Translations under genes and position numbers: made by a program
The notes under the pieces: model-generated
What the model was told of the DNA's origin: nothing
Database searches by the model: none
Seen by the model: only the letters and a program-made list of their open reading frames with translations
Shown: positions 1 through 9,441 of the stretch, piece after piece
Layout of the letters: each line of letters starts with the position of its first letter
Position numbering within the stretch: the stretch's first letter is position 1
Origin: an uncultured Candidatus Saccharibacteria bacterium
GTDB lineage: Bacteria; Patescibacteriota; Dojkabacteria; SC72
Length of the DNA: 41,913 bases
Direction: 5' to 3'
Assembly: GCA_964514595.1 (NCBI GenBank)
Contig: CAZEQZ010000001.1
Location: forward strand, 1-41,913

Positions 1-672
1 TCCACCAGATAAATATCCCTGTTTAAGAATGTACACCTTATCCCAAATCCTTTTCATCTCGGATTGGTTATTATTTGAGTCAGTATGAAAAACTCCTTCA
101 ATATTATCTATGACTATTTTCTTATTTAATACAGGTTCCAATATTGATAACAAATCTTTTGTTAACTTCTCTATATCTACATTATCAACAGTAAAATTCC
201 CAACTGTAACATGTGTCTTAAAATTATCAAAAACTCTTGCATAACCAAAATCCTCTATATAGTTAGAAGATATTTCATCAAAATCACCATTCTCTAATCG
301 TAGTAGGTCTTTTTCTCTAACATGGTTATCTCTAAACTCATTCAGTAATTTTGTTATATTTTCGTGATGTTTAATAATCATATCCCCCTCTATGTCCACA
401 TAGAAAAATTTGTTTTTATCCTCATATTTAAGACTAGATATTTGTATATTGAAGGATCTTTGTTTATTTACATATTGTGTTAATGCTTCTACCCCTCGAC
501 CGAGATTTGTTTCGGGGAATGGCATTATTGTGTATGACAAATGTGGAGGAATAAAGGAATATTGGTTTCCGTACTTCTCGTTCATTAGTATCTTAGCATC
601 AGTCAACTCTTTGATATCAAGGACTGAATGAACTGAGAACACGGTATTGATTGGTTTAAGGTCGGTTTTCAT
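1..672 (-). CDS. 2H phosphoesterase (2'-5' RNA ligase superfamily) protein, 3' end runs off the window
   Basis: Not in the ORF track. Hand translation from ATG at 672 is open to base 1: MKTDLKPINTVF...IPPHLSYTIMP...DFGYARVFDNFKTHVTVGN...; two H-x-S/T motifs (HLS, HVT) about 110 aa apart. Confidence 0.7.
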   Translation of the reverse strand, partial: MKTDLKPINTVFSVHSVLDIKELTDAKILMNEKYGNQYSFIPPHLSYTIMPFPETNLGRGVEALTQYVNKQRSFNIQISSLKYEDKNKFFYVDIEGDMIIKHHENITKLLNEFRDNHVREKDLLRLENGDFDEISSNYIEDFGYARVFDNFKTHVTVGNFTVDNVDIEKLTKDLLSILEPVLNKKIVIDNIEGVFHTDSNNNQSEMKRIWDKVYILKQGYLSGG

Positions 673-720
673 ATCTGTGATTATACTATTTGGTATTAAA
701 TATTTGTATAATATTTACAA
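673..720. promoter_or_regulatory. Divergent -10 boxes for leaderless-type transcripts
   Basis: TATAAT on the minus strand (680-685) lies 7 nt before ATG 672. TATAAT on the plus strand (707-712) lies 8 nt before ATG 721. Confidence 0.6.
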
Positions 721-1044
721 ATGGATATAGGTGCATTTATTATAATAGGTTTTTTTGTGTTCATCTTCATTCTTTATATTACTGTATTCATTAAGCAGTT
801 AAATGAAGAATGGGAGGGGAAATTAGTAAGGAAACAGGATGGATGGGACATAAAAATTGCTTCCAAATCTATACATGTAGGGGAGGGAAATGATACATAC
901 AGTGTATACAGATTGTATTTTGAAGATACTAAGGGAGAAATTCGTTTCAGTACAGTTTCCTATGGTGAATTTGAGGAATGGGAAATAGGAGACTCAGCAA
1001 TTAAAAGAAAAGGGTCTCTTTACCCAAAACGAGTTCTAAATTAA
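721..1044 (+). CDS. Small single-pass membrane protein, hypothetical
   Basis: 107 aa with an N-terminal TM helix followed by a short beta-rich domain. Confidence 0.7.
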   Translation: MDIGAFIIIGFFVFIFILYITVFIKQLNEEWEGKLVRKQDGWDIKIASKSIHVGEGNDTYSVYRLYFEDTKGEIRFSTVSYGEFEEWEIGDSAIKRKGSLYPKRVLN

Positions 1045-1056
1045 AAATATCTTTAG

Positions 1057-1674
1057 TTAATGAGCATACATCTCTGTTAATATACAAACCACTATCCCTA
1101 ATACCATAAAGGGTACAAAAGGTATCTTAAGATTTTTGAATTTTCCTTTCTTTCTTCCAATCACTAACCCATATATCAATGCAGAAAATATTGATATATA
1201 TAGCCATAGTAGTATATTCCTTTGTCCTATCAACAATCCTGTTATTATTGCCATCCTAATATCTCCTGCACCTAACGCTTTTTCTTTCGTAATTAACACT
1301 ATTAACAAGAAGGGGGCACCTAATATCAATGCTCCAATAAAATTATCATACGGCATATATTCCCAATTATTTCCAATAAGGAATATACGATCTGCACCCA
1401 GTTTGAAATGAAGAGATATGTTAGTAATGAGAAGGAAAAGCATTAGAACAAGAGAAGGAGTATTTAATATCTCCATACTTTTAAAATCCACATATGCTAT
1501 TAGAAAGAGGGTGAGGAATATCCCTATTAAAACTATTAGAGTAATCATAGATATAGTGGTTATTTGAGGTGTGCATAGTATATTGGTTATTAGAAGTAAT
1601 AAGGATACTGTTAATATCCCAACAAATATTTTTTCAACAAATCCACATTTTGTTTTAAATACTTCTAAGTTCAA
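1057..1674 (-). CDS. pilD: Prepilin peptidase (A24 family)
   Basis: Multi-TM protein with the two aspartate motifs AYVDF and ALGAGDIR and a C-terminal IPFVPF; last gene of the pilin operon. Confidence 0.85.
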   Translation of the reverse strand: MNLEVFKTKCGFVEKIFVGILTVSLLLLITNILCTPQITTISMITLIVLIGIFLTLFLIAYVDFKSMEILNTPSLVLMLFLLITNISLHFKLGADRIFLIGNNWEYMPYDNFIGALILGAPFLLIVLITKEKALGAGDIRMAIITGLLIGQRNILLWLYISIFSALIYGLVIGRKKGKFKNLKIPFVPFMVLGIVVCILTEMYAH

Positions 1675-2029
1675 ATGGATCAGTATTACTATTTAATTCT
1701 TTTGTTGTATCTATATTTATACCGTTATTATCTCTAGATTCTATTCTAATTATTTTAATCCCGTCACTTCCTATTTTGTTTTCAATTGTTACTGTACAAG
1801 AAAATGTTTCCATACTAATTTCAAACTGTCCGGTATAGTTGCTACTTCTTTTTATTCTGTATACAGATTCTTCTAAACATGTTTCGGAGTTTGTTTTAAG
1901 TACTTGATAGTCATAGTTCATTCTCCCAATTATCAAACCTGTTAAGTTTGTATATACAGAATCAATACCTGTTAGGAGGAGTAGGGGGATTATTACCAAT
2001 ACTGTTGTTAAAGCAACGTAGCCTTTCAT
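1655..2029 (-). CDS. PilX/GspK-like minor pilin
   Basis: MKG^YVALTTVLVII class III signal lacking Glu+5, as is typical of PilX/GspK; operon position agrees. Confidence 0.7.
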   Translation of the reverse strand: MKGYVALTTVLVIIPLLLLTGIDSVYTNLTGLIIGRMNYDYQVLKTNSETCLEESVYRIKRSSNYTGQFEISMETFSCTVTIENKIGSDGIKIIRIESRDNNGINIDTTKELNSNTDPFELRSI

Positions 2030-2499
2030 CGTATTAGGGATAATATATTAATAGTTTCTATAAGTTTGCTGTCTCCCACGGATCTAACCTCTATAGTACT
2101 TCTAACCCCAACGATAGTATCCTCTCCTTTATATATGGGTTCTAGGTAGAAGCTTTCAATAATAACATTTGTGGGAGAGATATATGTATCATCGAAAGAG
2201 AGACGGGAACCTTGTAGTTCATACTGTTTTGTTTCTGTATTTATGAGTAGAGAAATCTTTCCCTGCTGATTGTTAAATATACTTGTTATAGGGTCTACAC
2301 CAGAAGCTTTTTCAAAACTATCAGTAATATGTTGTATTATGAATTGCGATGTCTGGTGGAGTGATGATTTTCTCTGTGTTCTTAATGTAGCTTCCTGGGT
2401 AGAAAGCATAAAATTAAGAACTATTAGAATAATTATAGAAAAAAGTCCTATATAGAGTACCGTTTCTAGTAATGTTAATCCTTTTAGTCTATTTTTCAT
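2026..2499 (-). CDS. Minor type IV pilin (PilW/GspJ-like)
   Basis: KG^LTLLETVLYIGLF prepilin motif. Confidence 0.8.
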   Translation of the reverse strand: MKNRLKGLTLLETVLYIGLFSIIILIVLNFMLSTQEATLRTQRKSSLHQTSQFIIQHITDSFEKASGVDPITSIFNNQQGKISLLINTETKQYELQGSRLSFDDTYISPTNVIIESFYLEPIYKGEDTIVGVRSTIEVRSVGDSKLIETINILSLIR

Positions 2500-4405
2500 A
2501 ATTAATAACTATTTCCTCAATTAAAGGTGTAAATTCTTTATTTAAATCGGATTCCAGTGTTATTTTATATTGGGCATATCTCCCTCGGAGTCCTGGAGGG
2601 AGGTCAAATACCCCAGCGCTTTCATAGTATGTTGATGAAGTCCCATCTGGTCCAAGCCATTCGGTACTACTTAAATCAGGATTGTTTCCCACTCTAATTT
2701 GTAACTTAGAGGATGTCCCCTCTGGTATGGAACCTGTAATGCTGATTATGTAGTATTCAGAATCTTCGGATTGAGAATCGAAGATTGTAGAGAGGTACTC
2801 TCCGTATGGTAGATAGCCTAAGCCGTCTGCACCACCACCACCAGTGCCTCCTCGTATAATTTGTAGCTCATCGTTAGAGTTCCCGGTTAGTATATAGGAA
2901 TAGTTGTTAAGTGCAGTCTTTACTAAAGCTATATCATTTATTCCAGTATCTATATTTAATGATCCACACTGTACTAAGTTGTTCTCATCAGTAATATCTA
3001 TTACTTTGTACTCTTCCCCTCCTGTCCCACCTATCATTACCCTGTTATCCATAGAGATTAGGGCTCTGACGGAGATCCCTCCAAGATCCATGGAGTTTAT
3101 TAGAGTAGGGGAGGATTTATTTGTAATATCCAGTATGAAGAATTCATGCGCAGCGTTATCTTTTGTCCCGACATAGGCTCTTGTTGTATCCTCTGATATG
3201 AACAGGGCAGTTGCTCCCATATCACCTAAATTTATTTGGCCGACTAATTGTAGTGTGGGAGAGTGTTGGTATATTGCGAACTTTTGTGTGTGTTCATCTA
3301 AGGTTAGATAAATGTATTGCTCGTCAACATAGATATCTGTTGCCATTGTCTTGTTTGCTAATCCTCCTAGTGAAATGGAGGCAAGTTGGGGCCTTGAACC
3401 TAAAGGAGATGTTAAGTCAAATATTATTAGATTATTTCTCTCTGTCACAAATCCTTTGTTCTCGTATGCGTAAACGGTGGTAGCTCTGGTTTGAATCGGA
3501 ATATTGAACAGCCCCACCTCCTGTACTGAAGGATTAAGATCTAAAATTATCACTTCCTTACTTCCTGTATCCGTCGCTAGTAGGGCGTAGTTTTCATCTA
3601 GAAGGAAGACATCGTTAACTTTGTCTTGGGAAGAAAAAGACTCATCTACTGTAATTCCAGGAGGATCTTCCGTGACGGTAGCTTTTATGAAAGGCAATCC
3701 TGATGCATTTCCCCCTGTTCCCATTAATACCGTTTGTCCATATGCAGAGATACTTGTAGCTATACCGTTTCTGGGCAGATCGTAGGTTGCCATACTTAAA
3801 GTTGGTCTACACCAGTCGGCATACTCCATCTCTTTTAGCCTTATTGCACCATCTGTTATTGATTCAATGTCGGTATAAAGGCCTAGGTCGAAATCTTCTT
3901 GTGTAGTGGAGATGAATGAATGTGTATTCCAGTCATTTATGTATATTTTCGGATTGATGTTATGCTCCCTGCCTAATCTGTCTCTCCATGATACAGATAT
4001 AGATACAAGCCTAGTATGGGGGTCAAGGGATCCTCCGGAGGCAACAATGACTCCATTTTCTCGCATTGCTCTGGTTATTGTGAAAGAGTAGGTTAGTTCA
4101 CCCTGTTCTCCTTGCCCATCAAGAATTTGGTAATCTCCATCCATAAATTCTAAATATTTTTCTCCTTTATCTGTATGTCTTGCTACTTGATACCAGCTTT
4201 GATTCTTCATCATGATTAATGCTGAACTAACCTCTTGTGTTAGGTGAGTTGCTCTGGCTCTCGTGCGAGTATTGTCCAATGTTCTTGTTGCATCTACGAC
4301 TAGAAGTACTAACATGGAGGAAATTATTGCGAATATCCCTATAGCCAAAACAAGCTCTACTAAACTATATCCTTTTAAATTTTTTCTAAAGTCTCTCATA
4401 TCCAA
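2489..4405 (-). CDS. Large minor pilin (PilV-like N-terminus) fused to a beta-propeller (LVIVD-like repeats)
   Basis: KG^YSLVELVLAIGIF, followed by repeats such as VIILDL, LIIFDL, FFILDITN and YKVIDITD. Confidence 0.8.
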   Translation of the reverse strand: MDMRDFRKNLKGYSLVELVLAIGIFAIISSMLVLLVVDATRTLDNTRTRARATHLTQEVSSALIMMKNQSWYQVARHTDKGEKYLEFMDGDYQILDGQGEQGELTYSFTITRAMRENGVIVASGGSLDPHTRLVSISVSWRDRLGREHNINPKIYINDWNTHSFISTTQEDFDLGLYTDIESITDGAIRLKEMEYADWCRPTLSMATYDLPRNGIATSISAYGQTVLMGTGGNASGLPFIKATVTEDPPGITVDESFSSQDKVNDVFLLDENYALLATDTGSKEVIILDLNPSVQEVGLFNIPIQTRATTVYAYENKGFVTERNNLIIFDLTSPLGSRPQLASISLGGLANKTMATDIYVDEQYIYLTLDEHTQKFAIYQHSPTLQLVGQINLGDMGATALFISEDTTRAYVGTKDNAAHEFFILDITNKSSPTLINSMDLGGISVRALISMDNRVMIGGTGGEEYKVIDITDENNLVQCGSLNIDTGINDIALVKTALNNYSYILTGNSNDELQIIRGGTGGGGADGLGYLPYGEYLSTIFDSQSEDSEYYIISITGSIPEGTSSKLQIRVGNNPDLSSTEWLGPDGTSSTYYESAGVFDLPPGLRGRYAQYKITLESDLNKEFTPLIEEIVINYEK

Positions 4406-4850
4406 TTAATCCTTCTTTGTTAATGTATACCTGTACGGCAAAGGTCCCATCAGAAATAATTAGTGTACCGAATGAAGATGGTTTAAAGTTCCCTTCGGGG
4501 AAAAGAACCTCATTTCCCATGGAGAAAGAAACAGAAGATATACGTATGTTGTTAGGGTAACTTCTAATATCTTTCTCTATAGCTTCCGCAGAACTTTCTC
4601 CGTCAAATAGAGTGTATCCATTGCTTTCTATAAGGACTCCCCTTGATTCATTTCTCATCGTGCTTTGTTGTTGTTGAAAATACAGATCAGTCACTAATTC
4701 AGAAGCGTAGGTGTCTAGCCTGGTTTGTTGTGCCTTTTGAGTAGCTATTGGGAAGACAATGATAGAGAGTATTAGGAGTATTCCCATTGTGACGATTAAT
4801 TCGAATAGGGAGAATCCTTCTAGTTTTTGTTGTTTTTCTAAATTACGCAT
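4386..4850 (-). CDS. Minor pilin (FimT/GspH-like)
   Basis: EG^FSLFELIVTMGIL, with a C-terminal VYINKEG motif of GspH type. Confidence 0.8.
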   Translation of the reverse strand: MRNLEKQQKLEGFSLFELIVTMGILLILSIIVFPIATQKAQQTRLDTYASELVTDLYFQQQQSTMRNESRGVLIESNGYTLFDGESSAEAIEKDIRSYPNNIRISSVSFSMGNEVLFPEGNFKPSSFGTLIISDGTFAVQVYINKEGLIGYERL

Positions 4851-5955
4851 TTATACTTCCCATCAGTTGATATATTGGCATTAATATTGTTACTCCTAGT
4901 AATCCAATTATTATTCCAACAAAGATGAGAAGAAGGGGTTCTACAAAGGTTATTATATTATTACTGATCTCTGTCACTTCGTCAGAATAGTATTCGTGCA
5001 GGTACATGAGGTTTTCTTCTAATGTGCCGCTAACTTCTCCAACGGCTACCATCTTCACGAATGATTTGTTGAAATGCTTTTCATATTCAGCAAGAGAATT
5101 GGATAGGTTCTGCCCCTCATTAACACTGTTTTGTATTTCGTTTAAAACATCCGCGTATATGGAATTCCCTATTGTAGTAGAGGTTATTTTCAATGCTTTT
5201 GCTATTGGTATCCCACTGGCCAATAGGACACTTAGGGTCCTGGAAAAAGAAGATAGTATGTTACTAACAAAAAGAGTTTTGAGTATTGGCATATTAAGGG
5301 ATAGCCAGCTTGTGAATCTCTTCCCAGGTTTTGTTGCCAAGAAGAGCCTTAGTAGTATTAAGATAGCCAATATAATAATTAATATTATCAACCAATTTGT
5401 TCTTATACCTAATGCTGTTTTCATTATCCATACAGTGAGAGGTGGGATGTTAGGGAAAGAGGAGAAGAGTGCTTCCATCTTTGGAAGTACTATAAATATC
5501 ATTCCAATAAATTCAGCTATTGTTAGGGTTATTATTATCGTAGGGTATATTATTGCACCTCTCATCTTTCTCTTAAGTTCATACTCTTTTTTTAATGTTT
5601 CTGCTATGAATATTAGATTCTTTTCCAAGGAGCCACCCCTTTCTCCTGCATCTACAACTGATACAATGGTTTCATTAAAAATCTTAGGGAAGAGGGCCAT
5701 AGCATCTGCTAGCGTAGAGCCCTTTTCTATGCGGGTATGTATATACGCATAGAGTTTGTTTAAGTTCTCATCGGTGGATTGTTCAGATACTGTTTTAATT
5801 GTTTCGGCCAGCGGGATACTCGCTTTTAGGAGTGCAGATATTGATTTTATTGATATTAAAAGATGGGAAACAGATACCTTAATTCTTTGCAGTTTCTTAA
5901 GCTCTTTGTCAGGAGCAATATATTCTTGTATGGGTTCTTCCTTCTTCTTTTTCAT
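4843..5955 (-). CDS. pilC: Type IV pilus platform protein PilC/GspF
   Basis: Two T2SSF repeats (AGERGGSLE, VGEVSGTLE), YPT and FVEPLL motifs, three TM segments. Confidence 0.92.
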   Translation of the reverse strand: MKKKKEEPIQEYIAPDKELKKLQRIKVSVSHLLISIKSISALLKASIPLAETIKTVSEQSTDENLNKLYAYIHTRIEKGSTLADAMALFPKIFNETIVSVVDAGERGGSLEKNLIFIAETLKKEYELKRKMRGAIIYPTIIITLTIAEFIGMIFIVLPKMEALFSSFPNIPPLTVWIMKTALGIRTNWLIILIIILAILILLRLFLATKPGKRFTSWLSLNMPILKTLFVSNILSSFSRTLSVLLASGIPIAKALKITSTTIGNSIYADVLNEIQNSVNEGQNLSNSLAEYEKHFNKSFVKMVAVGEVSGTLEENLMYLHEYYSDEVTEISNNIITFVEPLLLIFVGIIIGLLGVTILMPIYQLMGSINA

Positions 5956-7418
5956 TCTTTAAGTGCTATTACTTTTATTAATTCTCTTATATCTATAACA
6001 CCTTCTTTTAGTTTGCTTATTCCGTCATCAATCATCGGTTTAAAGCCGTGTTTTTTTGCAACCGCCATAATCTCATCTCCATTAGGGTTTTGGATGATTA
6101 CATCTCTTATATCCTTATTCATTGTTAGGACTTCGTATATTCCTATTCGTCCAGAATAGCCGGTATTATTACATTCTTTACACCCTTCCGACCTAAAGAG
6201 CTTATCCGTATCCTTTATGTGTTGTTGAAGGTCGGTACGAAGTTTAATCAATTCTTTATGCTTCTCATCTTTCCCCACTGTATATTCTTTCTTGCAATGT
6301 TCGCAAAGTCTTCTGGCTAATCTTTGGGTGATTATTATATTAACTGTTGATGCAACTAAGAATGGTTCTATTCCCATCTCCAGAAGTCTTGGGATTGTAC
6401 TTACGGCATCATTTGCATGAAGAGTTGATAGTACTAAGTGACCTGTTAGGGCAGAGTTTACGGTTATTCTGGCTGTCTCAGTGTCCCTGATTTCTCCAAC
6501 CATTATGATATCCGGGTCTTGTCTTAGAATTGATCTTAATCCATTTACGAATGTGAGATCTGCTTTTGTATTTATTTGTATATGGTTTACACCTTCAATA
6601 CTATACTCGACTGGATCCTCTATGGTCGTAATGTTTACATCCTTTACATTTAGTATTTTTAGAATAGAGTAGAGGGTGGTTGTTTTACCACTTCCCGTTG
6701 GTCCTGTAGCCAATATTAAACCGTATGGTTCAGAGTATGCCTTTTCGAGATTCACCAGGTCTTTTTCCTCAAATCCTAAGTCCTTTAGGGCAAAAGATTT
6801 GTTAGCTTGTGATAGTAGTCTGATTACAACCTTCTCTCCAAATGTTATTGGGAGTATTGAAATTCTAGCATCAACCTTATAGATTTCCTCTGAAGCTTTC
6901 TTTTTCTCTTCTCTTTCCCTTAAGATCCTTTGCACGAGTCCTTCGCTTTTTTCCTCCTTCTCTTCGGCATTTTTCTTTTTCTTTTCTTCTTGTATTGACT
7001 CCTTTACTTCCTCTGTTACCTCGTTCGTCTTTGGATCTTTTTCATCGGTTTTGTCTTCTTCGACTTTTAGTTCTTCATCCTTAACTTCTCCTTTAAGATT
7101 GCCATTATTAATATCGGATGCCTTTACAGTGAAAAGAATTTTCCCGTCTTGGGGTGCAAAGTGAATATCTGTTCTAAGTTTAGCCCTAACTTTTATTATG
7201 AACATTAAGCTGTCTTCTAGGTTGTCTCCTATCGTTACAATATCTCTTAGTACACCATCAATACGATATCTTACGAGAAGATTATTCCCTTCTTTTGCCT
7301 CTATGTGTATATCCGACGCTTTCTTACTTAATGCATCTATAACAAGAGCATCCAGAAGCTCCGAAACGTTCTTTTTGTTTTTTGCTACCTCTTCGGTTAG
7401 CTTCAAAAGTTCTATCAT
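5952..7418 (-). CDS. pilB: Type IV pilus assembly ATPase PilB/GspE
   Basis: ASDIHIE, RYRIDG, Walker A GPTGSGKT, TIEDPVE, LRQDPDIIMVGEIRD, TGHLVLSTLH, and a CxxC...CxxC zinc motif. Confidence 0.95.
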   Translation of the reverse strand: MIELLKLTEEVAKNKKNVSELLDALVIDALSKKASDIHIEAKEGNNLLVRYRIDGVLRDIVTIGDNLEDSLMFIIKVRAKLRTDIHFAPQDGKILFTVKASDINNGNLKGEVKDEELKVEEDKTDEKDPKTNEVTEEVKESIQEEKKKKNAEEKEEKSEGLVQRILREREEKKKASEEIYKVDARISILPITFGEKVVIRLLSQANKSFALKDLGFEEKDLVNLEKAYSEPYGLILATGPTGSGKTTTLYSILKILNVKDVNITTIEDPVEYSIEGVNHIQINTKADLTFVNGLRSILRQDPDIIMVGEIRDTETARITVNSALTGHLVLSTLHANDAVSTIPRLLEMGIEPFLVASTVNIIITQRLARRLCEHCKKEYTVGKDEKHKELIKLRTDLQQHIKDTDKLFRSEGCKECNNTGYSGRIGIYEVLTMNKDIRDVIIQNPNGDEIMAVAKKHGFKPMIDDGISKLKEGVIDIRELIKVIALKE

Positions 7419-7425
7419 AGCGATA

Positions 7426-7451
7426 GCCCAAGCAAGATGCTTTCAAAGGGC
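7426..7451 (-). promoter_or_regulatory. GC-rich stem-loop between the major pilin gene and pilB
   Basis: Minus strand GCCC-TTTGA-AAGCA-TCT-TGCTT-GGGC, ending 7 nt before the pilB ATG. Confidence 0.4.
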
Positions 7452-7479
7452 AGGTTTAATATTTTAAGATACTATGTTC

Positions 7480-7917
7480 TTATCTTTTTACACTAATTGT
7501 TTTACCACCTTCTGCATTAGGAGCAGAGATTTCTACTCTTCCAGTGTCTGTTAAACAAATTGTGTATCCTGTATCTGCGTCTGTTCCTGCTGGCTGTGGA
7601 TCTTTAGGAATTTCCACTATATATTCCTCAACCAAGATACTAGCTAGGTCAACTCCACCGGTTCCTATTGCTGTGGGGGTGGGACAAGCGTTAATAGTGA
7701 AAGCCGCAAGAGAGTTTCCCTCTTCCGAAGTATACTGTGTTACAGCATTTAGGATTGACGTAACGTCAGAACTTCTCTGTGCGTTTCTTGTATCTTGGAA
7801 GTTCTTTCCAGGATTGATTGCAATGATCGTTATAGTTGCAAGTATAATGATTAATGCAACTACAATGAGGATTTCAATAAGTGAGAATCCCTCATATTTG
7901 TTTTTTGCTTTGGGCAT
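7480..7917 (-). CDS. Major type IV pilin (PilA-like)
   Basis: EG^FSLIEILIVVALIIILATITIIAINP, RNAQR and IPKDP motifs, two Cys; first gene of the operon. Confidence 0.88.
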   Translation of the reverse strand: MPKAKNKYEGFSLIEILIVVALIIILATITIIAINPGKNFQDTRNAQRSSDVTSILNAVTQYTSEEGNSLAAFTINACPTPTAIGTGGVDLASILVEEYIVEIPKDPQPAGTDADTGYTICLTDTGRVEISAPNAEGGKTISVKR

Positions 7918-7997
7918 TTTTTTAATTAATTAACTTATATACATTCCAATATACATTTGATTGTATTTGGTGTCAATAAATTCCTGTTTGACAGTAT

Positions 7998-8798
7998 TTA
8001 GTTAGCAATCATACTAACCAGTATTTTGTCCAATGTCTCCAACTCTTCCTCTGTTGCGTCCTGGGAGATTGTATACATGTATACAGTTCCTTTATATCCT
8101 TGAGAATCTTCAAACCCAAACATTTCTAGGTTTAAAAAATTCTTTTCACATTGAGGTTCGAAATATTCATCCCCTTCAACTCTGTCGTAGTATAGGGTGG
8201 TTGATAATCTTCTGATCCTTTTTCCTAGCCATTCAAATTCTGAATATGGGGTATTTGTATAGTCAAGATAGGTGACAGTCTCTTCTATCTCTGCCGCTAT
8301 ATTTTCTTGTTCTTCCTCATACTCTGTACTGCTGTCTAAAAATCTAGGTATCTCTGGGCATGCTTCAAAGCCAATGCCGTATACAGCCTCTATGTGCATA
8401 ATTTCCTTTTCTTCATTAAATATCTTTATGCCTGTCAGTCCGGTGTATTCCCCATCCTCCATAACCATACTTGTTCCATCTCCATCAAAATACTCTTCTA
8501 TGCTCCATCCGGATGGAACTATGGCCGAAAGGACATCTCCGGTGAAAGTCTCTAATGGAGTTGAATTATCAAAGTCTATATTCTCATCTTCGCTTTCATC
8601 TTGATCCTCCTGTATGTTTAAAATGTTGTCCAAATTAATATATCCATTTTTGTATGCAATATATCCGAGGAGAAATATTGTAACTAAGGCTAGGAAAACA
8701 TTAAGAAGAATCACTCCTATGTCACCACCTTTTGAATTACTATCGGGGCTTTGGTTAAGAGGGGGAGTATTAGGAGTTACATTTTGTTCTATCTCCAT
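7998..8798 (-). CDS. Membrane-anchored acidic extracellular protein, paralog of 13376-14275
   Basis: N-terminal TM; shares GWxIxEYxDGxGxxM...EYxGLTG and two Cys with 13376-14275. Confidence 0.75.
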   Translation of the reverse strand: MEIEQNVTPNTPPLNQSPDSNSKGGDIGVILLNVFLALVTIFLLGYIAYKNGYINLDNILNIQEDQDESEDENIDFDNSTPLETFTGDVLSAIVPSGWSIEEYFDGDGTSMVMEDGEYTGLTGIKIFNEEKEIMHIEAVYGIGFEACPEIPRFLDSSTEYEEEQENIAAEIEETVTYLDYTNTPYSEFEWLGKRIRRLSTTLYYDRVEGDEYFEPQCEKNFLNLEMFGFEDSQGYKGTVYMYTISQDATEEELETLDKILVSMIAN

Positions 8799-8820
8799 AT
8801 TAATATTTATTAAAATTTAA

Positions 8821-9078
8821 CTACTCTAGCGGTTGTTCATCACAAGCCATTAGAGTACATACAACATCGCCATTGTTACATGAGCACATATTACAACCAT
8901 CTGTTGAGTCAAATGATTCTCCATGTGCATATGCCCATCCCTCATACTCACATCTTAATTTGTCTGTTTGGAAATCTGTGGTGAAAACTATGTAGCTAAC
9001 AAGGCCTATCACTATGGTTCCTAATGTTATACATAGTCCAACTAGGAAGGAATTATCTTTCTCTTTCTGTTCTTCCAT
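8821..9078 (-). CDS. Membrane-anchored pacifastin/VWC-like six-Cys domain protein
   Basis: TM helix followed by CEYEG...GESF..DGCNMCSCNNGDVVCTLMAC. Confidence 0.75.
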   Translation of the reverse strand: MEEQKEKDNSFLVGLCITLGTIVIGLVSYIVFTTDFQTDKLRCEYEGWAYAHGESFDSTDGCNMCSCNNGDVVCTLMACDEQPLE

Positions 9079-9109
9079 TGTTTAAGTATATATCATTTTC
9101 CTTTAATTG

Positions 9110-9415
9110 CTAATACTTATAAAGCTTGTACTCTTCTTCTATTTTTTTTGCTGTAGTGAAGTCTCTTTCTGTCACCTTCCCTCCTATATCAAATCTTTGT
9201 AGCTCAAATTTAACGTCTTTGTAATATATATGGATGTCAGGATGATGATCTGTCTTCTGAAAAAATGGAGTAAGTTTTTTAATGAAATTGACGGCGTCTG
9301 GGAAGCTTTTAAATTTCATGCTTTTTGAAATCTTGTTTTCTTTGTACTCCCACCCGTTAATTGTCTTTAATCTCATATCTATCTCGTTCCTTGTGAGTTC
9401 TTTTAAATCGTTCAT
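9110..9415 (-). CDS. phhB: Pterin-4-alpha-carbinolamine dehydratase
   Basis: GW...FKSF..A..F...DHHPDI...GGKVTERDF signature. Confidence 0.88.
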   Translation of the reverse strand: MNDLKELTRNEIDMRLKTINGWEYKENKISKSMKFKSFPDAVNFIKKLTPFFQKTDHHPDIHIYYKDVKFELQRFDIGGKVTERDFTTAKKIEEEYKLYKY

Positions 9416-9441
9416 GTTAATATATTAATAATTTATTTTTA

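Noticed and set aside
6870-7135. Intein in PilB
   Set aside because: No Cys/Ser start or His-Asn end; the insert is low-complexity charged sequence.
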